64,000 bases of DNA from an uncultured Candidatus Saccharibacteria bacterium (GCA_964576685.1 CAZNVC010000001.1:3775-67774); one strand, 5' to 3'; counted from the first letter of the stretch, positions 8,705 through 18,225 are shown. Notes: generated by a model not told the origin, from the letters alone. Translations and numbers: made by a program.

Positions 8705-9595
8705 CTACTGCATGTACAGTGACATCTTTGCGCGAACAACTTTTTTCATCTCTTCTTGTCCCTCATGCCCAAACTTATACGGCGCCACTTCGTTTGGATG
8801 CTCTTCTAGATAATGCATCTCTCCGTCACGGAATGCCTTTCTAATCTCTGTATTGATATGAATGATAGCAATACCATTATCAATTGACCCTTTAAGATCT
8901 TCGTCAGTGTTACCACTTGCCCCGTGAAGTACAAGAGGAACATCAACTGTTGCACTAATCTCTTGCAGTCGTTCGATGTGCAATTTTGGTTCTTCTGCAT
9001 CAATAAGCATTCCATGAACATTCCCAATAGCCGGAGCGAACATATCGATACCGGTACGAAGTACAAAATCTCTTGCTTGGTCAGCAGTGGTGAGATTCGC
9101 TTCTGTTACCCCCTCTGGAAGGGCGGTGTTTAGTGAAGACGACTGACCGATGTATCCAAGTTCTGCTTCCACAAGTACACGCTTTCCCGTTTTTGCTTCA
9201 TAGTTCCTCACAAAATCAACACATGATTTTACAAGCGCCACATTCTCCTCATAGGAAAGCTTCGCTCCGTCAACAATCACACTATCGTATCCTGCTTCTA
9301 CCACCTCTTCTACTTTCTCAAGTGTATAGGTGTGATCCGCATTAAGGAATATTGGAGTATCGTATTCTTGATTAAGTTCATTCACAATCGTGCGAACCAT
9401 TTCAACTCCCATGTAATCTCTCTCCCCTTCGCTTGCACCAATGATCACTGGCTGGTTAAGCTCTTGTGCCACTTCCACGATTGCCCGTGCCTGATCAAGG
9501 TTAGAAATATTAAAATGAGCGATTGCCTTCCCTGACCGTTTGTACTCATTAATAAGTTCTAAATAATATTCACTTTGTGGGGTTAATGTCTTCAT
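8705..9595 (-). CDS. fba: Class II fructose-bisphosphate aldolase
   Basis: 296 aa. AHFNISNLDQARAIVEVAQELNQPVIIGASEGE...LHGASGN matches the class II FBA/tagatose-bisphosphate aldolase family. Confidence 0.8.
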   Translation of the reverse strand: MKTLTPQSEYYLELINEYKRSGKAIAHFNISNLDQARAIVEVAQELNQPVIIGASEGERDYMGVEMVRTIVNELNQEYDTPIFLNADHTYTLEKVEEVVEAGYDSVIVDGAKLSYEENVALVKSCVDFVRNYEAKTGKRVLVEAELGYIGQSSSLNTALPEGVTEANLTTADQARDFVLRTGIDMFAPAIGNVHGMLIDAEEPKLHIERLQEISATVDVPLVLHGASGNTDEDLKGSIDNGIAIIHINTEIRKAFRDGEMHYLEEHPNEVAPYKFGHEGQEEMKKVVRAKMSLYMQ

Positions 9596-9640
9596 ATCAA
9601 CATAGTATACAGCATCTCACTGCTATACTAGAAAGACACT

Positions 9641-10633
9641 ATGGAAAACACACCACAATTTGATTTTATCGCTATTGGAGATACTGTAATTGACGCTTTT
9701 ATTAAGCTTTCTGCTGGACATATTCAAGAAACCGCACACGGGCGGGAGCTATGTCTAGCGTATGGAATGAAGGTCCCTTTTGACGAAGTGTATATCCTTC
9801 CTGCAGTAGGAAACAGTGCAAATGCTTCTGTTTCAGCTGCGCGCCTTGGACTAAAATCTGGACTTATCACTTCGCTTGGGAAGGATTCGTACGGGGAAGA
9901 TTGTCTTAAGCAACTCGCAAAAGAAGGAGTGGCGACTGACTTTATTAGACAAGAAGAAGGAAAGAAAACCAACTATCATTATGTCCTCTGGCAAGGTGAT
10001 GATAGAACCATTCTTATCAAGCATGAGCAATTCACTCCTGTGATACCAGAAATCGGTAATCCAAAATGGCTTTACCTCTCCTCTCTTGGCAAACATACAC
10101 TTCCTTTTCATTATGAACTCATTGATTACATTAAAGGTCATCCAGAAGTGAAGCTTGCATTCCAACCAGGAACATTCCAACTTGGTTTTGGCACCGAAAT
10201 TTTGGAACTCTACAAGAACACAGAAGTAATTTGTATGAACAAAGAAGAAGCAGAAGGCCTTCTTACTTCAGAAGGAGCAGAAATGAAAGACCTCCTCGAT
10301 GGTCTAGGCAACCTCGGGCCAAAGACGGTAATAGTTACTGATGGACCAAATGGCGCATACATGAAATTTGAAAATACGTATTTCAGTATGCCACTTTATC
10401 CAGATATCGCACCACCTTATGAACGTACAGGTGCCGGTGACGCATTCTTCTCCACCTTCATCGCATACCTCGCAAAAGGATATGATGCAGCATATGCAAT
10501 GAAGCGTGCACCTATTAATAGTATGAATGTGGTACAACACATAGGTGCACAAGAGGGACTCCTCACTGAAGAAAAACTTGAGGAACTCCTCAAGCAAGCA
10601 CCAGCCGGATATGAGCTTACGATAATGCAGTAA
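9641..10633 (+). CDS. PfkB-family carbohydrate kinase (ribokinase/fructokinase/phosphofructokinase-B-like)
   Basis: 330 aa. N-terminal FDFIAIGDTVIDAF, C-terminal TGAGDAFFSTFIAYL (PfkB signature 2). Confidence 0.75.
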   Translation: MENTPQFDFIAIGDTVIDAFIKLSAGHIQETAHGRELCLAYGMKVPFDEVYILPAVGNSANASVSAARLGLKSGLITSLGKDSYGEDCLKQLAKEGVATDFIRQEEGKKTNYHYVLWQGDDRTILIKHEQFTPVIPEIGNPKWLYLSSLGKHTLPFHYELIDYIKGHPEVKLAFQPGTFQLGFGTEILELYKNTEVICMNKEEAEGLLTSEGAEMKDLLDGLGNLGPKTVIVTDGPNGAYMKFENTYFSMPLYPDIAPPYERTGAGDAFFSTFIAYLAKGYDAAYAMKRAPINSMNVVQHIGAQEGLLTEEKLEELLKQAPAGYELTIMQ

Positions 10634-10654
10634 TAACAGCCATTAGCTTAATGT

Positions 10655-10690
10655 AAATACGCGACCACTTCGTGGTCGCGTATTTACATT
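10655..10690. terminator. Bidirectional intrinsic terminator hairpin (GCGACCACTTCGTGGTCGC core, UUCG-type loop) between convergent genes
   Basis: aaatacgcgaccacttcgtggtcgcgtattt is a perfect 13-bp stem flanked by A/T runs. Confidence 0.65.
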
Positions 10691-10735
10691 TATTTTGTAT
10701 TTTCTACACGCTACTCCCTACTCTCTACGCGCTGT

Positions 10736-11722
10736 CTAATGAAGTGTCTCTCGTATTTTCTGTGCAATATGCTTTGCAGAGAGTCCATATTCATCATAGA
10801 GCTCACCTACTTTTCCACTTTGACCGAATCTATCTTGTATCCCAACACGACCAATTCGAATTGGGTGATGTTCACTTAAATATTCAGTAACAGCACTTCC
10901 AAGTCCTCCCGCAATCTGATGTTCTTCAACGGTGACAATAGCTCGAACATCTTTTGCAAGCCGAAGGAGGAATCCAACATCAAGTGGTTTTACTTGTGGC
11001 ATGTTCACTACCGTTACTCCTATCCCCTCTTTCTCTAACTCAAACGCAGCTTTAATTGCTTCATAAATAATAGGACCACACGCTATCACTCCGACTGAAT
11101 GCGCAAAAGTTCCGCCGTATTTATGTTGTGGCATATGAATAACATAGCCCTTCCCATGGCCCCATACATAGTTATCTGGAAGCAAGAGTGGTGTCTTCTC
11201 ACGGGTAAGGCGAAGGTATGCAGGCTCTTTTGTTTTAGCGATATGCTCAGTAATCGCACGTGCTTCTATCGCATCACACGGCACAAAGACTTGCATGTTA
11301 GGAATCATGCGCATAAGGGCAATGTCTTCTATCGCTTGGTGAGTCGCTCCATCTGGCCCAACAGAAAGACCAGTATGTGCACCAATTACTTTCACAGGAA
11401 CATTGTTATATGCAATGGTTGTACGTATTTGCTCCCAATTTCTTCCTGGAGAAAAAGCAGCGTAGCTCGCAAAGAATGGAATATACCCCATCGTAGCCAT
11501 CCCTGATGCTAGTCCTGACATTGCTTGTTCTGTGATCCCGGTTTCAAAAAATCGCTTTGGGAATTTTGCTCTAAAACCATCCATCTTCACACTTTCTGTA
11601 AGATCAGCACAAAGCGCTACAATTCTATCGTCTTTTTCTCCTGCAATAACAAGCCCCTCACCGAATCCTTCTCGGGTTGCTCTTTCTTCTTCTTGTGCTG
11701 TGAATGCTGTTTTTCGTAACAT
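10736..11722 (-). CDS. tkt: Transketolase, C-terminal (pyrimidine-binding) subunit of a split transketolase
   Basis: 328 aa. FETGITEQAMSGLASGMATMGYIPF...HTGLSVGPDGATHQAIEDIALMRMIPN. Confidence 0.85.
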   Translation of the reverse strand: MLRKTAFTAQEEERATREGFGEGLVIAGEKDDRIVALCADLTESVKMDGFRAKFPKRFFETGITEQAMSGLASGMATMGYIPFFASYAAFSPGRNWEQIRTTIAYNNVPVKVIGAHTGLSVGPDGATHQAIEDIALMRMIPNMQVFVPCDAIEARAITEHIAKTKEPAYLRLTREKTPLLLPDNYVWGHGKGYVIHMPQHKYGGTFAHSVGVIACGPIIYEAIKAAFELEKEGIGVTVVNMPQVKPLDVGFLLRLAKDVRAIVTVEEHQIAGGLGSAVTEYLSEHHPIRIGRVGIQDRFGQSGKVGELYDEYGLSAKHIAQKIRETLH

Positions 11723-11861
11723 GATTGTGATAGTTATAAACTAGGATAATAAAAATGCTTTAGATGCGCGGTGTGGGGAAAGTTTTGAGGGAGACGTACA
11801 AGAGAGTACGTTGACCGAGAAACTGGGGACCCGCAACAAAACAGATGAAGTATTTTTATTA

Positions 11862-12728
11862 TCATAGCTCTCCGTATTTAATTTTCCCTTTAAGAGTACG
11901 CAACTCTTTCAAAGCCGCTCTCCCTTCTTCTAGGTTCGGGGCTTTACCATGCCATCTATAATCACCCTCAAAAGCAGTTACCCCTTTTCCTGGAATAGTA
12001 TGAGCGATGATAATAGTTGGTCTATCAAGACTACTCTTTGCAGTCCCAATCGCACGCACTATATCCTTAAAATCATGTCCATCAACATCTATCACATGAA
12101 AGTTAAAACTCTCCATCTTATCTTTGAGTGATTCAAGTGGAAGAATATCTTCAGTGTATCCATCAATCTGAATAGTATTGCGATCAATAATCGGAATTAC
12201 TTTTGTAAGTTTATATTTATTAAGAAGTAATAATGATTCCCATACTTGTCCTTCGTTAATCTCCCCATCTCCCATACAACAATAAAAATATCTATCTGGT
12301 TTATGTTCCTCAAGTTTATCCATTAGCGCCATACCAATTGCCTGTGAGAGCCCTGACCCGAGTGGCCCTGATGATGTCTCTATTCCAGGAAGGGCTTCAC
12401 GATGTGGATGCCCTTGTAATCGTGAGCCGAAGCGTCTTAACGTCTTAAGTTCTGTTACCGAAAAGTACCCAGCGTGTGCAAGGGTTGCATAGAGTCCTGG
12501 TGCAATGTGACCATTAGAGAGGATGAATCTATCACGCTCAACCCAATCAGGATGACGTGGATTATGTTTCATCACTCTAAAGTAGAGCGCCGTGAACACA
12601 TCTGCCATACCGAGCGACCCTGCAGTATGACCACTCCCTGCTTCCACCAACATCTTAATAATACTTTCTCGAATATCTTCCGCGCGCAGTGTGAGCGCTT
12701 GTACTTCAACATCAGTTAATGAATGCAT
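11862..12728 (-). CDS. tkt: Transketolase, N-terminal (TPP-binding) subunit of a split transketolase
   Basis: 288 aa. GSGHTAGSLGMADVFTALYF...DRFILSNGHIAPGLYATLAHAGY...CCMGDGEINEGQVWES. Confidence 0.85.
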   Translation of the reverse strand: MHSLTDVEVQALTLRAEDIRESIIKMLVEAGSGHTAGSLGMADVFTALYFRVMKHNPRHPDWVERDRFILSNGHIAPGLYATLAHAGYFSVTELKTLRRFGSRLQGHPHREALPGIETSSGPLGSGLSQAIGMALMDKLEEHKPDRYFYCCMGDGEINEGQVWESLLLLNKYKLTKVIPIIDRNTIQIDGYTEDILPLESLKDKMESFNFHVIDVDGHDFKDIVRAIGTAKSSLDRPTIIIAHTIPGKGVTAFEGDYRWHGKAPNLEEGRAALKELRTLKGKIKYGEL

Positions 12729-12747
12729 ATGAACTACAGTATACAGC

Positions 12748-12900
12748 GTGTAGCGTGTAGCGTGTAGGGAAGTAGTGCACAGGATGGGACATGCCGTTAG
12801 GCGTTAGGCGTTAGGCGTTAGAAAGATTATAAACGATACATTTATATCCGAACTAATTATTATTTTCTTCCAACCTCACAATCTTCTTATCTTATAATCT
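12748..12900. repeat. Intergenic microsatellite cluster: (GCGTGTAG)x3, (GCGTTAG/TTAGGCG)x4, (CAATCTT)-type repeats
   Basis: agcgtgtagcgtgtagcgtgtagg ... ccgttaggcgttaggcgttaggcgttag ... cacaatcttcttatcttataatcttacaatctt. Confidence 0.7.
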
Positions 12901-12915
12901 TACAATCTTGCCCCT

Positions 12916-13572
12916 CTACCTCACACTTCTCTCGAGAGCCTCAAGCGTCTTTTTCACATCCCCACTCTTAAAAAGGTACGATCCGACGATCGCGGTTGTT
13001 GCGCCAGCATTTTTCACTTTTACAATTGTCTCAGGATTCATGCTTCCGTCTACTTGTATCTCGATATGTTTACATTCATGGGCAAGATATTTGATTCTCG
13101 AAAGCACCTCTTCATCAAAGGGTTGTCCCTGTGCACCGATATGCTTAATTCCCATCACTTGAATGAATAGTTTTGAATACCGAGGAATTATTTCCTTAAT
13201 ATGTGTAGCAAATGTCTCGATAGCGTAGTCATTCGATACACAAAGCCCAAGACTCACTCCGGTTGGTGTAATTGTTTCGAGGAGCTCATCAATATCGTTC
13301 TCACTAAAATGGTCAATATGCATCACCACTCTCCCGACACCGAGTGCAAGCGTACGAGTAAGGTACTTCCTCCAATCATTCACCATAAGGTCGAATTCAT
13401 AATTGAATCCGTGTGGGAGTGAGTCCTCTTCGTATGGGAGCCATGTCTTCTCGAGTCCGAATACTCCATCACAGAGATCAATTTGTACCCTTTCGCATAA
13501 CCCTTCTACTAAAAAAAGTTTGTGAGTAATGTCTTCATAACTGTCTGTGAGTATCGTAGGAAAAATGTTCAT
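12916..13572 (-). CDS. rpe: Ribulose-phosphate 3-epimerase family protein (divergent)
   Basis: 218 aa. IDLCDGVF...MHIDHF...IQVMGIKHIGAQGQPF...IEIQVDGSMNPETI...GATTAIVGSYLFKSGD follows the Rpe TIM-barrel motif order. Confidence 0.6.
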   Translation of the reverse strand: MNIFPTILTDSYEDITHKLFLVEGLCERVQIDLCDGVFGLEKTWLPYEEDSLPHGFNYEFDLMVNDWRKYLTRTLALGVGRVVMHIDHFSENDIDELLETITPTGVSLGLCVSNDYAIETFATHIKEIIPRYSKLFIQVMGIKHIGAQGQPFDEEVLSRIKYLAHECKHIEIQVDGSMNPETIVKVKNAGATTAIVGSYLFKSGDVKKTLEALERSVR

Positions 13573-13584
13573 GGTAAGAGATGG

Positions 13585-13755
13585 TTACTTGTGAGAAAAA
13601 TATTTAGAATACAAAGATACATACCCCACTCCTTCGTCACACGTATCGAGTGACCCACTTTCACACTCAATTGGTGCATCTTGTGGAACAAGTGGCACAA
13701 AGAGTACTGCAAGGAGTACAAGTGCGAGAAGGATCCAAGAAGTTTTTGTATTCAT
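13585..13755 (-). CDS. Small secreted Cys-containing peptide (56 aa), paralog 1
   Basis: Hand translation: MNTKTSWILLALVLLAVLFVPLVPQDAPIECESGSLDTCDEGVGYVSLYSKYFSHK. Signal peptide; not in the ORF track (<60 aa). Confidence 0.45.
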   Translation of the reverse strand: MNTKTSWILLALVLLAVLFVPLVPQDAPIECESGSLDTCDEGVGYVSLYSKYFSHK

Positions 13756-13762
13756 ACTATGT

Positions 13763-13943
13763 TCTAGTGAGAAGTATATTTCTTGTAAAGCGACGTGTGA
13801 GTATCTTTACATTTCACATAGTACCCTCCGGCTCCGTCCGGATAGGTAGTACAATCTTTCGGTGTTGGATTAGCAAGAATCGGCACAAAAAGAAAAATGA
13901 AAGCGATAATAAAAAGTGTGATATAAAAAAATTTTACTCCCAT
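13763..13943 (-). CDS. Small secreted Cys-containing peptide (~59 aa), paralog 2 (coordinates approximate +/-2 nt)
   Basis: Hand translation: MGVKFFYITLFIIAFIFLFVPILANPTPKDCTTYPDGAGGYYVKCKDTHTSLYKKYTSH. Shares the LFVP...C...LY(S/K)KY(F/T)SH C-terminus with paralog 1. Confidence 0.4.
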
Positions 13944-13944
13944 A

Positions 13945-14403
13945 CTATTTTGTTACTTCTTCAATTTGAATAATTCTTTCCGCATGACGTTCCTCATGCG
14001 AAAAAGGAGTGTCGAGAAAAAGTCTAATCGCTTGTAATGCTTCAGAAAAAGTAACGAAGCGTGCTCCAATAGAAAGGACGTTTGCATCATTATGTTCGCG
14101 TCCAAGCTTTACAAGTTCGAGATTCCCTCCTGCATACACGATAGCCCTCACATGTCGAAAGCGATTAGCAACAATTGCCTCCCCTTGCCCAGAGCCCCCA
14201 AAAATAATTGCCATAGATGGTTCATGCATCGAATCCTTCTGTACATTCTCCGATGCTTGTGCCATATATCCTGGATAATTGTCTCCAGGTTCAAGAGTAA
14301 GTGCACCACAATCGTATACTTCTTTTCCGTCGTCTTCCAAATACTTCTTTACTTCCTCTTTAAGCGAGAATCCTGCGTGATCAGTTGCTAAATAAATTTT
14401 CAT
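13945..14403 (-). CDS. rpiB: Ribose-5-phosphate isomerase B
   Basis: 152 aa. MKIYLATDHAGFSLKEEVKKYLEDDGKEVYDCG matches the RpiB/LacAB family N-terminus. Confidence 0.8.
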   Translation of the reverse strand: MKIYLATDHAGFSLKEEVKKYLEDDGKEVYDCGALTLEPGDNYPGYMAQASENVQKDSMHEPSMAIIFGGSGQGEAIVANRFRHVRAIVYAGGNLELVKLGREHNDANVLSIGARFVTFSEALQAIRLFLDTPFSHEERHAERIIQIEEVTK

Positions 14404-14440
14404 ATAGTACTAAGTATACAATTACTTGATAGGTAAGTGA

Positions 14441-14475
14441 AATAATAAGCGCGACCCCTTCGGGGTCGCGCTTAT
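14441..14475 (-). terminator. Intrinsic terminator downstream of gap (GCGCGACCCCTTCGGGGTCGCGC hairpin + T-run)
   Basis: aataagcgcgaccccttcggggtcgcgcttattatttttc. Confidence 0.65.
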
Positions 14476-14496
14476 TATTTTTCATACTACAATCTA

Positions 14497-15567
14497 TTAT
14501 TTGATTGCCTTCCCCACCTTTGAAACATGTTCTACAAGCGTATGAGTGTACCCCATTTCATTATCATACCAAGCGAGTACCTTCACAAGATTACCTCCTA
14601 CCACACGTGTCATCTTCAGATCAGCAATCGACGCAAACGGAAGTCCAATAATATCACTCGATACTAGCTCTTCTTCTGTTGCTTGGAAAATCCCTGACCA
14701 TCGTTCTGATTCTCCTGCTTTTCTTAAGATATCGTTCACCTCCTCTGCTGAGGTTGTGCGCTTTGCAATAAACGTAATATCTGCAATTGAGCCAGCTGGC
14801 GTAGGGACACGAATAGAAACACCATCAAAGAGTCCTTCAAGTGCTGGAAATGCTTTTGTTACTGCAATCGCCGCCCCCGTTGAAGAGGGAACGATATTTT
14901 GCGCTGCCGCTCGCCCTTCACGAAAATCTTTTTTATTAGGACCATCTACAATTCCTTGCGAAGCAGTATATGAGTGCACGGTATTTAAAATAGCCTTTTC
15001 GATACCAATTGCTTCATCGAGAATTGCAATCACCGGTGATGATGCGTTTGTCGTACATGATGCATTAGAGGTTACCGCACAGGTACCGAACTTCTCTTCG
15101 TTGACTCCAAGAAGAATCGTTTCCCCATGAACAGATTCATCCTCCCCTTTCTTTGCAGGAGCAGAAATAACCACCGCCTTTGCACCACCTTTGAGGTGTG
15201 CTGATGCCTTATCATACGCGACGAAAAGTCCGGTTGACTCGACAACAACATCAACGTCAAGACTTCCCCAAGGAATCACTGCTGGGTCTTTCTCTTGAAA
15301 TACTCGTACACGAGATTCATGCTCCCCGCTTGCAACAATATACTGCTCTTTTACTTCTGGAGTCGCACCATCATGAATCTCAGCGTTCACATCAAAGTGT
15401 GACACACGGTACACAGTGTCATACTGAAGGAGGTATGCGAGATTATGCACATCCCCTAAATCATTAATAGCAACCACTTCCATATCATCACGTTCAAATG
15501 CAACTTTAAAGAAGGCTCGTCCGATACGCCCAAAACCATTAATACCTACGCGAATTTTTTTATCCAT
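14497..15567 (-). CDS. gap: Glyceraldehyde-3-phosphate dehydrogenase
   Basis: 356 aa. IRVGINGFGRIGR ... SNASCTTN (catalytic Cys motif). Confidence 0.9.
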   Translation of the reverse strand: MDKKIRVGINGFGRIGRAFFKVAFERDDMEVVAINDLGDVHNLAYLLQYDTVYRVSHFDVNAEIHDGATPEVKEQYIVASGEHESRVRVFQEKDPAVIPWGSLDVDVVVESTGLFVAYDKASAHLKGGAKAVVISAPAKKGEDESVHGETILLGVNEEKFGTCAVTSNASCTTNASSPVIAILDEAIGIEKAILNTVHSYTASQGIVDGPNKKDFREGRAAAQNIVPSSTGAAIAVTKAFPALEGLFDGVSIRVPTPAGSIADITFIAKRTTSAEEVNDILRKAGESERWSGIFQATEEELVSSDIIGLPFASIADLKMTRVVGGNLVKVLAWYDNEMGYTHTLVEHVSKVGKAIK

Positions 15568-15781
15568 ATAAGAAACAGTATATAGGGACTACTAGCTGGG
15601 GACTAGTTGATAACCGAGAACAAGATCTCAAGACACTCTAACCGCTTCGCCGTGAAAACGAAAAGGTACTATGGCACCTTGACTATCTTAATTATCTTTT
15701 TGTATTAGAGTATTTCACTTTAATGTCTTGTAATTTTGTCAATGTTGCCCGCCCTCCCACATTTGCTACTATAGTATCCAT

Positions 15782-16552
15782 ATGACAAACGATATCGTTA
15801 TTTCCAGCCTCTCAAAATCGTATGGAACAAAAAAGCAAGTCCATGTTGTGAAAGATGTGTCGCTTACTGTTACTAAAGGTACTGTATTTGGATTTATTGG
15901 CCCAAACGGCGCAGGAAAAACATCTACCATCAAAATGCTTGTAGGGCTCTCGACGCCAACAACAGGCACTATTATGGTAGGTGGAGGATCCCCTTCTGAT
16001 ATGGCAGTGCATAAGAAAATTAGCTTCATGCCAGAATCACCAACGTTCTATCAGTACCTCACAGGTGGGGAGTTTCTTGATTTTGTTGCCACACTCTTTA
16101 GAATTAAAGAAAAGGAAGAAACCATTGCCCGACTACTTGAGGAAGTTCACCTTACTAGTGCAAAAGATAAGCGTATACGCACCTACTCCAAAGGAATGCT
16201 TCAACGTCTTGGGCTCGCTCAAGCGATGATCAATGATCCAGAAATACTTTTTCTTGATGAACCACTTGATGGCCTTGACCCAATTGGGCGTGCCGAGGTG
16301 AAGAAAATAATTCTCGACCTAAAAAAGAAAAACAAGACAATCTTTATCAACACACACATCTTGGGTGATGTCGCAGAAATATGTGACATGGTGGGTATCC
16401 TAGACTTAGGAAAACTTCTTCGAGTCGATACACCGAAAAATATTGCAACAGGTTATCGCGACCTTGAGGATGCCTTTGTGCATATCATCCAAAAAGCACG
16501 GAAAGACGCTGTTGAAAACGTCAACGAACACAAGAAGGATATTATCCAGTAA
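15782..16552 (+). CDS. ABC transporter ATP-binding protein (ABC-2 type exporter)
   Basis: Walker A GPNGAGKTST, signature LSGGxxQR-like YSKGMLQRLGLAQ, Walker B ILFLDEP. Confidence 0.85.
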   Translation: MTNDIVISSLSKSYGTKKQVHVVKDVSLTVTKGTVFGFIGPNGAGKTSTIKMLVGLSTPTTGTIMVGGGSPSDMAVHKKISFMPESPTFYQYLTGGEFLDFVATLFRIKEKEETIARLLEEVHLTSAKDKRIRTYSKGMLQRLGLAQAMINDPEILFLDEPLDGLDPIGRAEVKKIILDLKKKNKTIFINTHILGDVAEICDMVGILDLGKLLRVDTPKNIATGYRDLEDAFVHIIQKARKDAVENVNEHKKDIIQ

Positions 16553-16563
16553 CACAATACTCC

Positions 16564-17334
16564 ATGAACACGAACATTTTCACCATTGCAAAAAACACTT
16601 TTAGAGAAAGTTCCCGCGATAGAATTCTTCTTTCTGGGTTCTTGGTAATCATCGCCATCATTCTTTTCACCCTCTTCATTGCATCAATTTCGCTAGAACA
16701 AAGCACGAGAATGATCATAGATTTTAGTGTTACCGCTATTTATGCGCTTCAGATGTTTGTGGCAATCTTCATTGGATCAATGCTCATCTATAAAGAAATA
16801 GAGCGTAAGACATTTTATCTTCTCCTTCCAAAACCTATCACAAGAACTGAAATTGTTATTGGTAAATGTTTGGGGCTTTCACTTACCACTATTCTTGTTA
16901 CGCTTCTTTCAACAGGAGCGTTGTATATTATTCTCTACATACAGAGCGGACAATTCTTTTTTTATCCGATTCTTCTTTCTGTGTTTCTTAGCACCCTTGA
17001 GGCAATACTTCTCATTCTTATTTCTATCCTCTTCTCAGGAATTACTTCCCCTATCCTCGCAGCAATCTCTACTATCACGCTCTATCTCGTGGGACATGCT
17101 GGGAGTATCTTTCGCTATATCTTCATGACAAACAAAATCCCTCTTGTTGATTGGATTACTCGTGCCATCTATTATCTTCTTCCGAATCTTGAAAAATTTA
17201 ATATCAGAAACGACATTATCTACGCAACAACACCATCACTCTCAATGGTTGGAGTTACCACACTCTACGCCTTCTCCTATGCGCTACTTCTTCTTGTGAT
17301 CACCCAGATAGTCTTCAAGAAAAAAGATTTCTAG
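16564..17334 (+). CDS. ABC-2 family transporter permease
   Basis: 256 aa, 6 TM helices, immediately downstream of the ATPase. Confidence 0.7.
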   Translation: MNTNIFTIAKNTFRESSRDRILLSGFLVIIAIILFTLFIASISLEQSTRMIIDFSVTAIYALQMFVAIFIGSMLIYKEIERKTFYLLLPKPITRTEIVIGKCLGLSLTTILVTLLSTGALYIILYIQSGQFFFYPILLSVFLSTLEAILLILISILFSGITSPILAAISTITLYLVGHAGSIFRYIFMTNKIPLVDWITRAIYYLLPNLEKFNIRNDIIYATTPSLSMVGVTTLYAFSYALLLLVITQIVFKKKDF

Positions 17335-17361
17335 AACCCTGTCTCTGATTTCCCTTCTCGT

Positions 17362-18225
17362 ATGAAACTCCCAGCCTCTCTCACAAAAAACATTAGTCTT
17401 CTTGTTGTGATTGCCCTTTTTGTGCTGGTGGTCTTATTTCAAAAAATACATGATGATCTTGGGCCACCCTTTACCACGAGACTCACTCTTGCAAGACGCA
17501 ATCTTCTTCCGCCACAAATTCTTCCGTATATAAGTTTTGGATTTACTAATTTGATCACCGACTTCTATTGGATACGTGCTATACAAGACTTCGTGGCATG
17601 GAATGGAAAGGAAGGCTTTTTCATTGGATATTTCAAAAACATCACTACACTTGACCCGAAGTTTGAGTACCCATACCTCTTTAGTATTTTAACTATTCCA
17701 CAAAATAAAGATGTAAAAACACTTGATGTGGTAGCAGGGATTGCACAAAAAGGAATACAAGCAATTCCAACGAGTTGGCAGATCCCTTTCTATCTCGGGA
17801 CTCAATACTATCTCTTTACAAAACACTACGACCCAGCGGAGCAATATCTTGCTCTTGCTGCAAAAAAACCAGGGGCTCCTCAAGGGGCATCACTCGTCTA
17901 TGCAACGTTTGTCTCAAGGACAGTAGGAAAGGGAGTAAGTAGCTACAAAACTTCTCAGGATCTGATAAAAGTAATCTACGATACTACCGACAATGAAATG
18001 ATCAAGAAACTCTCAGGAAAAGGGATACAGGCTGGCGTCGTAACACAAGCACTAGAGAAAGGGATCCTTGCATACAAAACTAAATATCAACGTTATCCAA
18101 AGAATGTTAACGAATTGATTGCCGTTAATTTCGTTTTACTTCCTCAAACCTTACTCGATAATTTTACTATCGAAATCAATCAACGAAACGGGAATTTCAA
18201 GATTGCCGAAAAAGAAGAACAGTGA
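17362..18225 (+). CDS. Hypothetical protein with N-terminal TM anchor (third gene of the ABC-2 operon)
   Basis: 287 aa ORF, one N-terminal hydrophobic helix, no recognisable motif. Confidence 0.45.
   Translation: MKLPASLTKNISLLVVIALFVLVVLFQKIHDDLGPPFTTRLTLARRNLLPPQILPYISFGFTNLITDFYWIRAIQDFVAWNGKEGFFIGYFKNITTLDPKFEYPYLFSILTIPQNKDVKTLDVVAGIAQKGIQAIPTSWQIPFYLGTQYYLFTKHYDPAEQYLALAAKKPGAPQGASLVYATFVSRTVGKGVSSYKTSQDLIKVIYDTTDNEMIKKLSGKGIQAGVVTQALEKGILAYKTKYQRYPKNVNELIAVNFVLLPQTLLDNFTIEINQRNGNFKIAEKEEQ

Noticed and set aside
13650-13973. ORF 13650..13973 (+) 107 aa
   Set aside because: Overlaps, on the opposite strand, the two paralogous signal-peptide peptides (whose conservation supports them). 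It has no RBS and a Lys/Phe-rich low-complexity end.
14546-15130. ORF 14546..15130 (+) 194 aa
   Set aside because: Antisense to gap (GAPDH), which is unambiguous.
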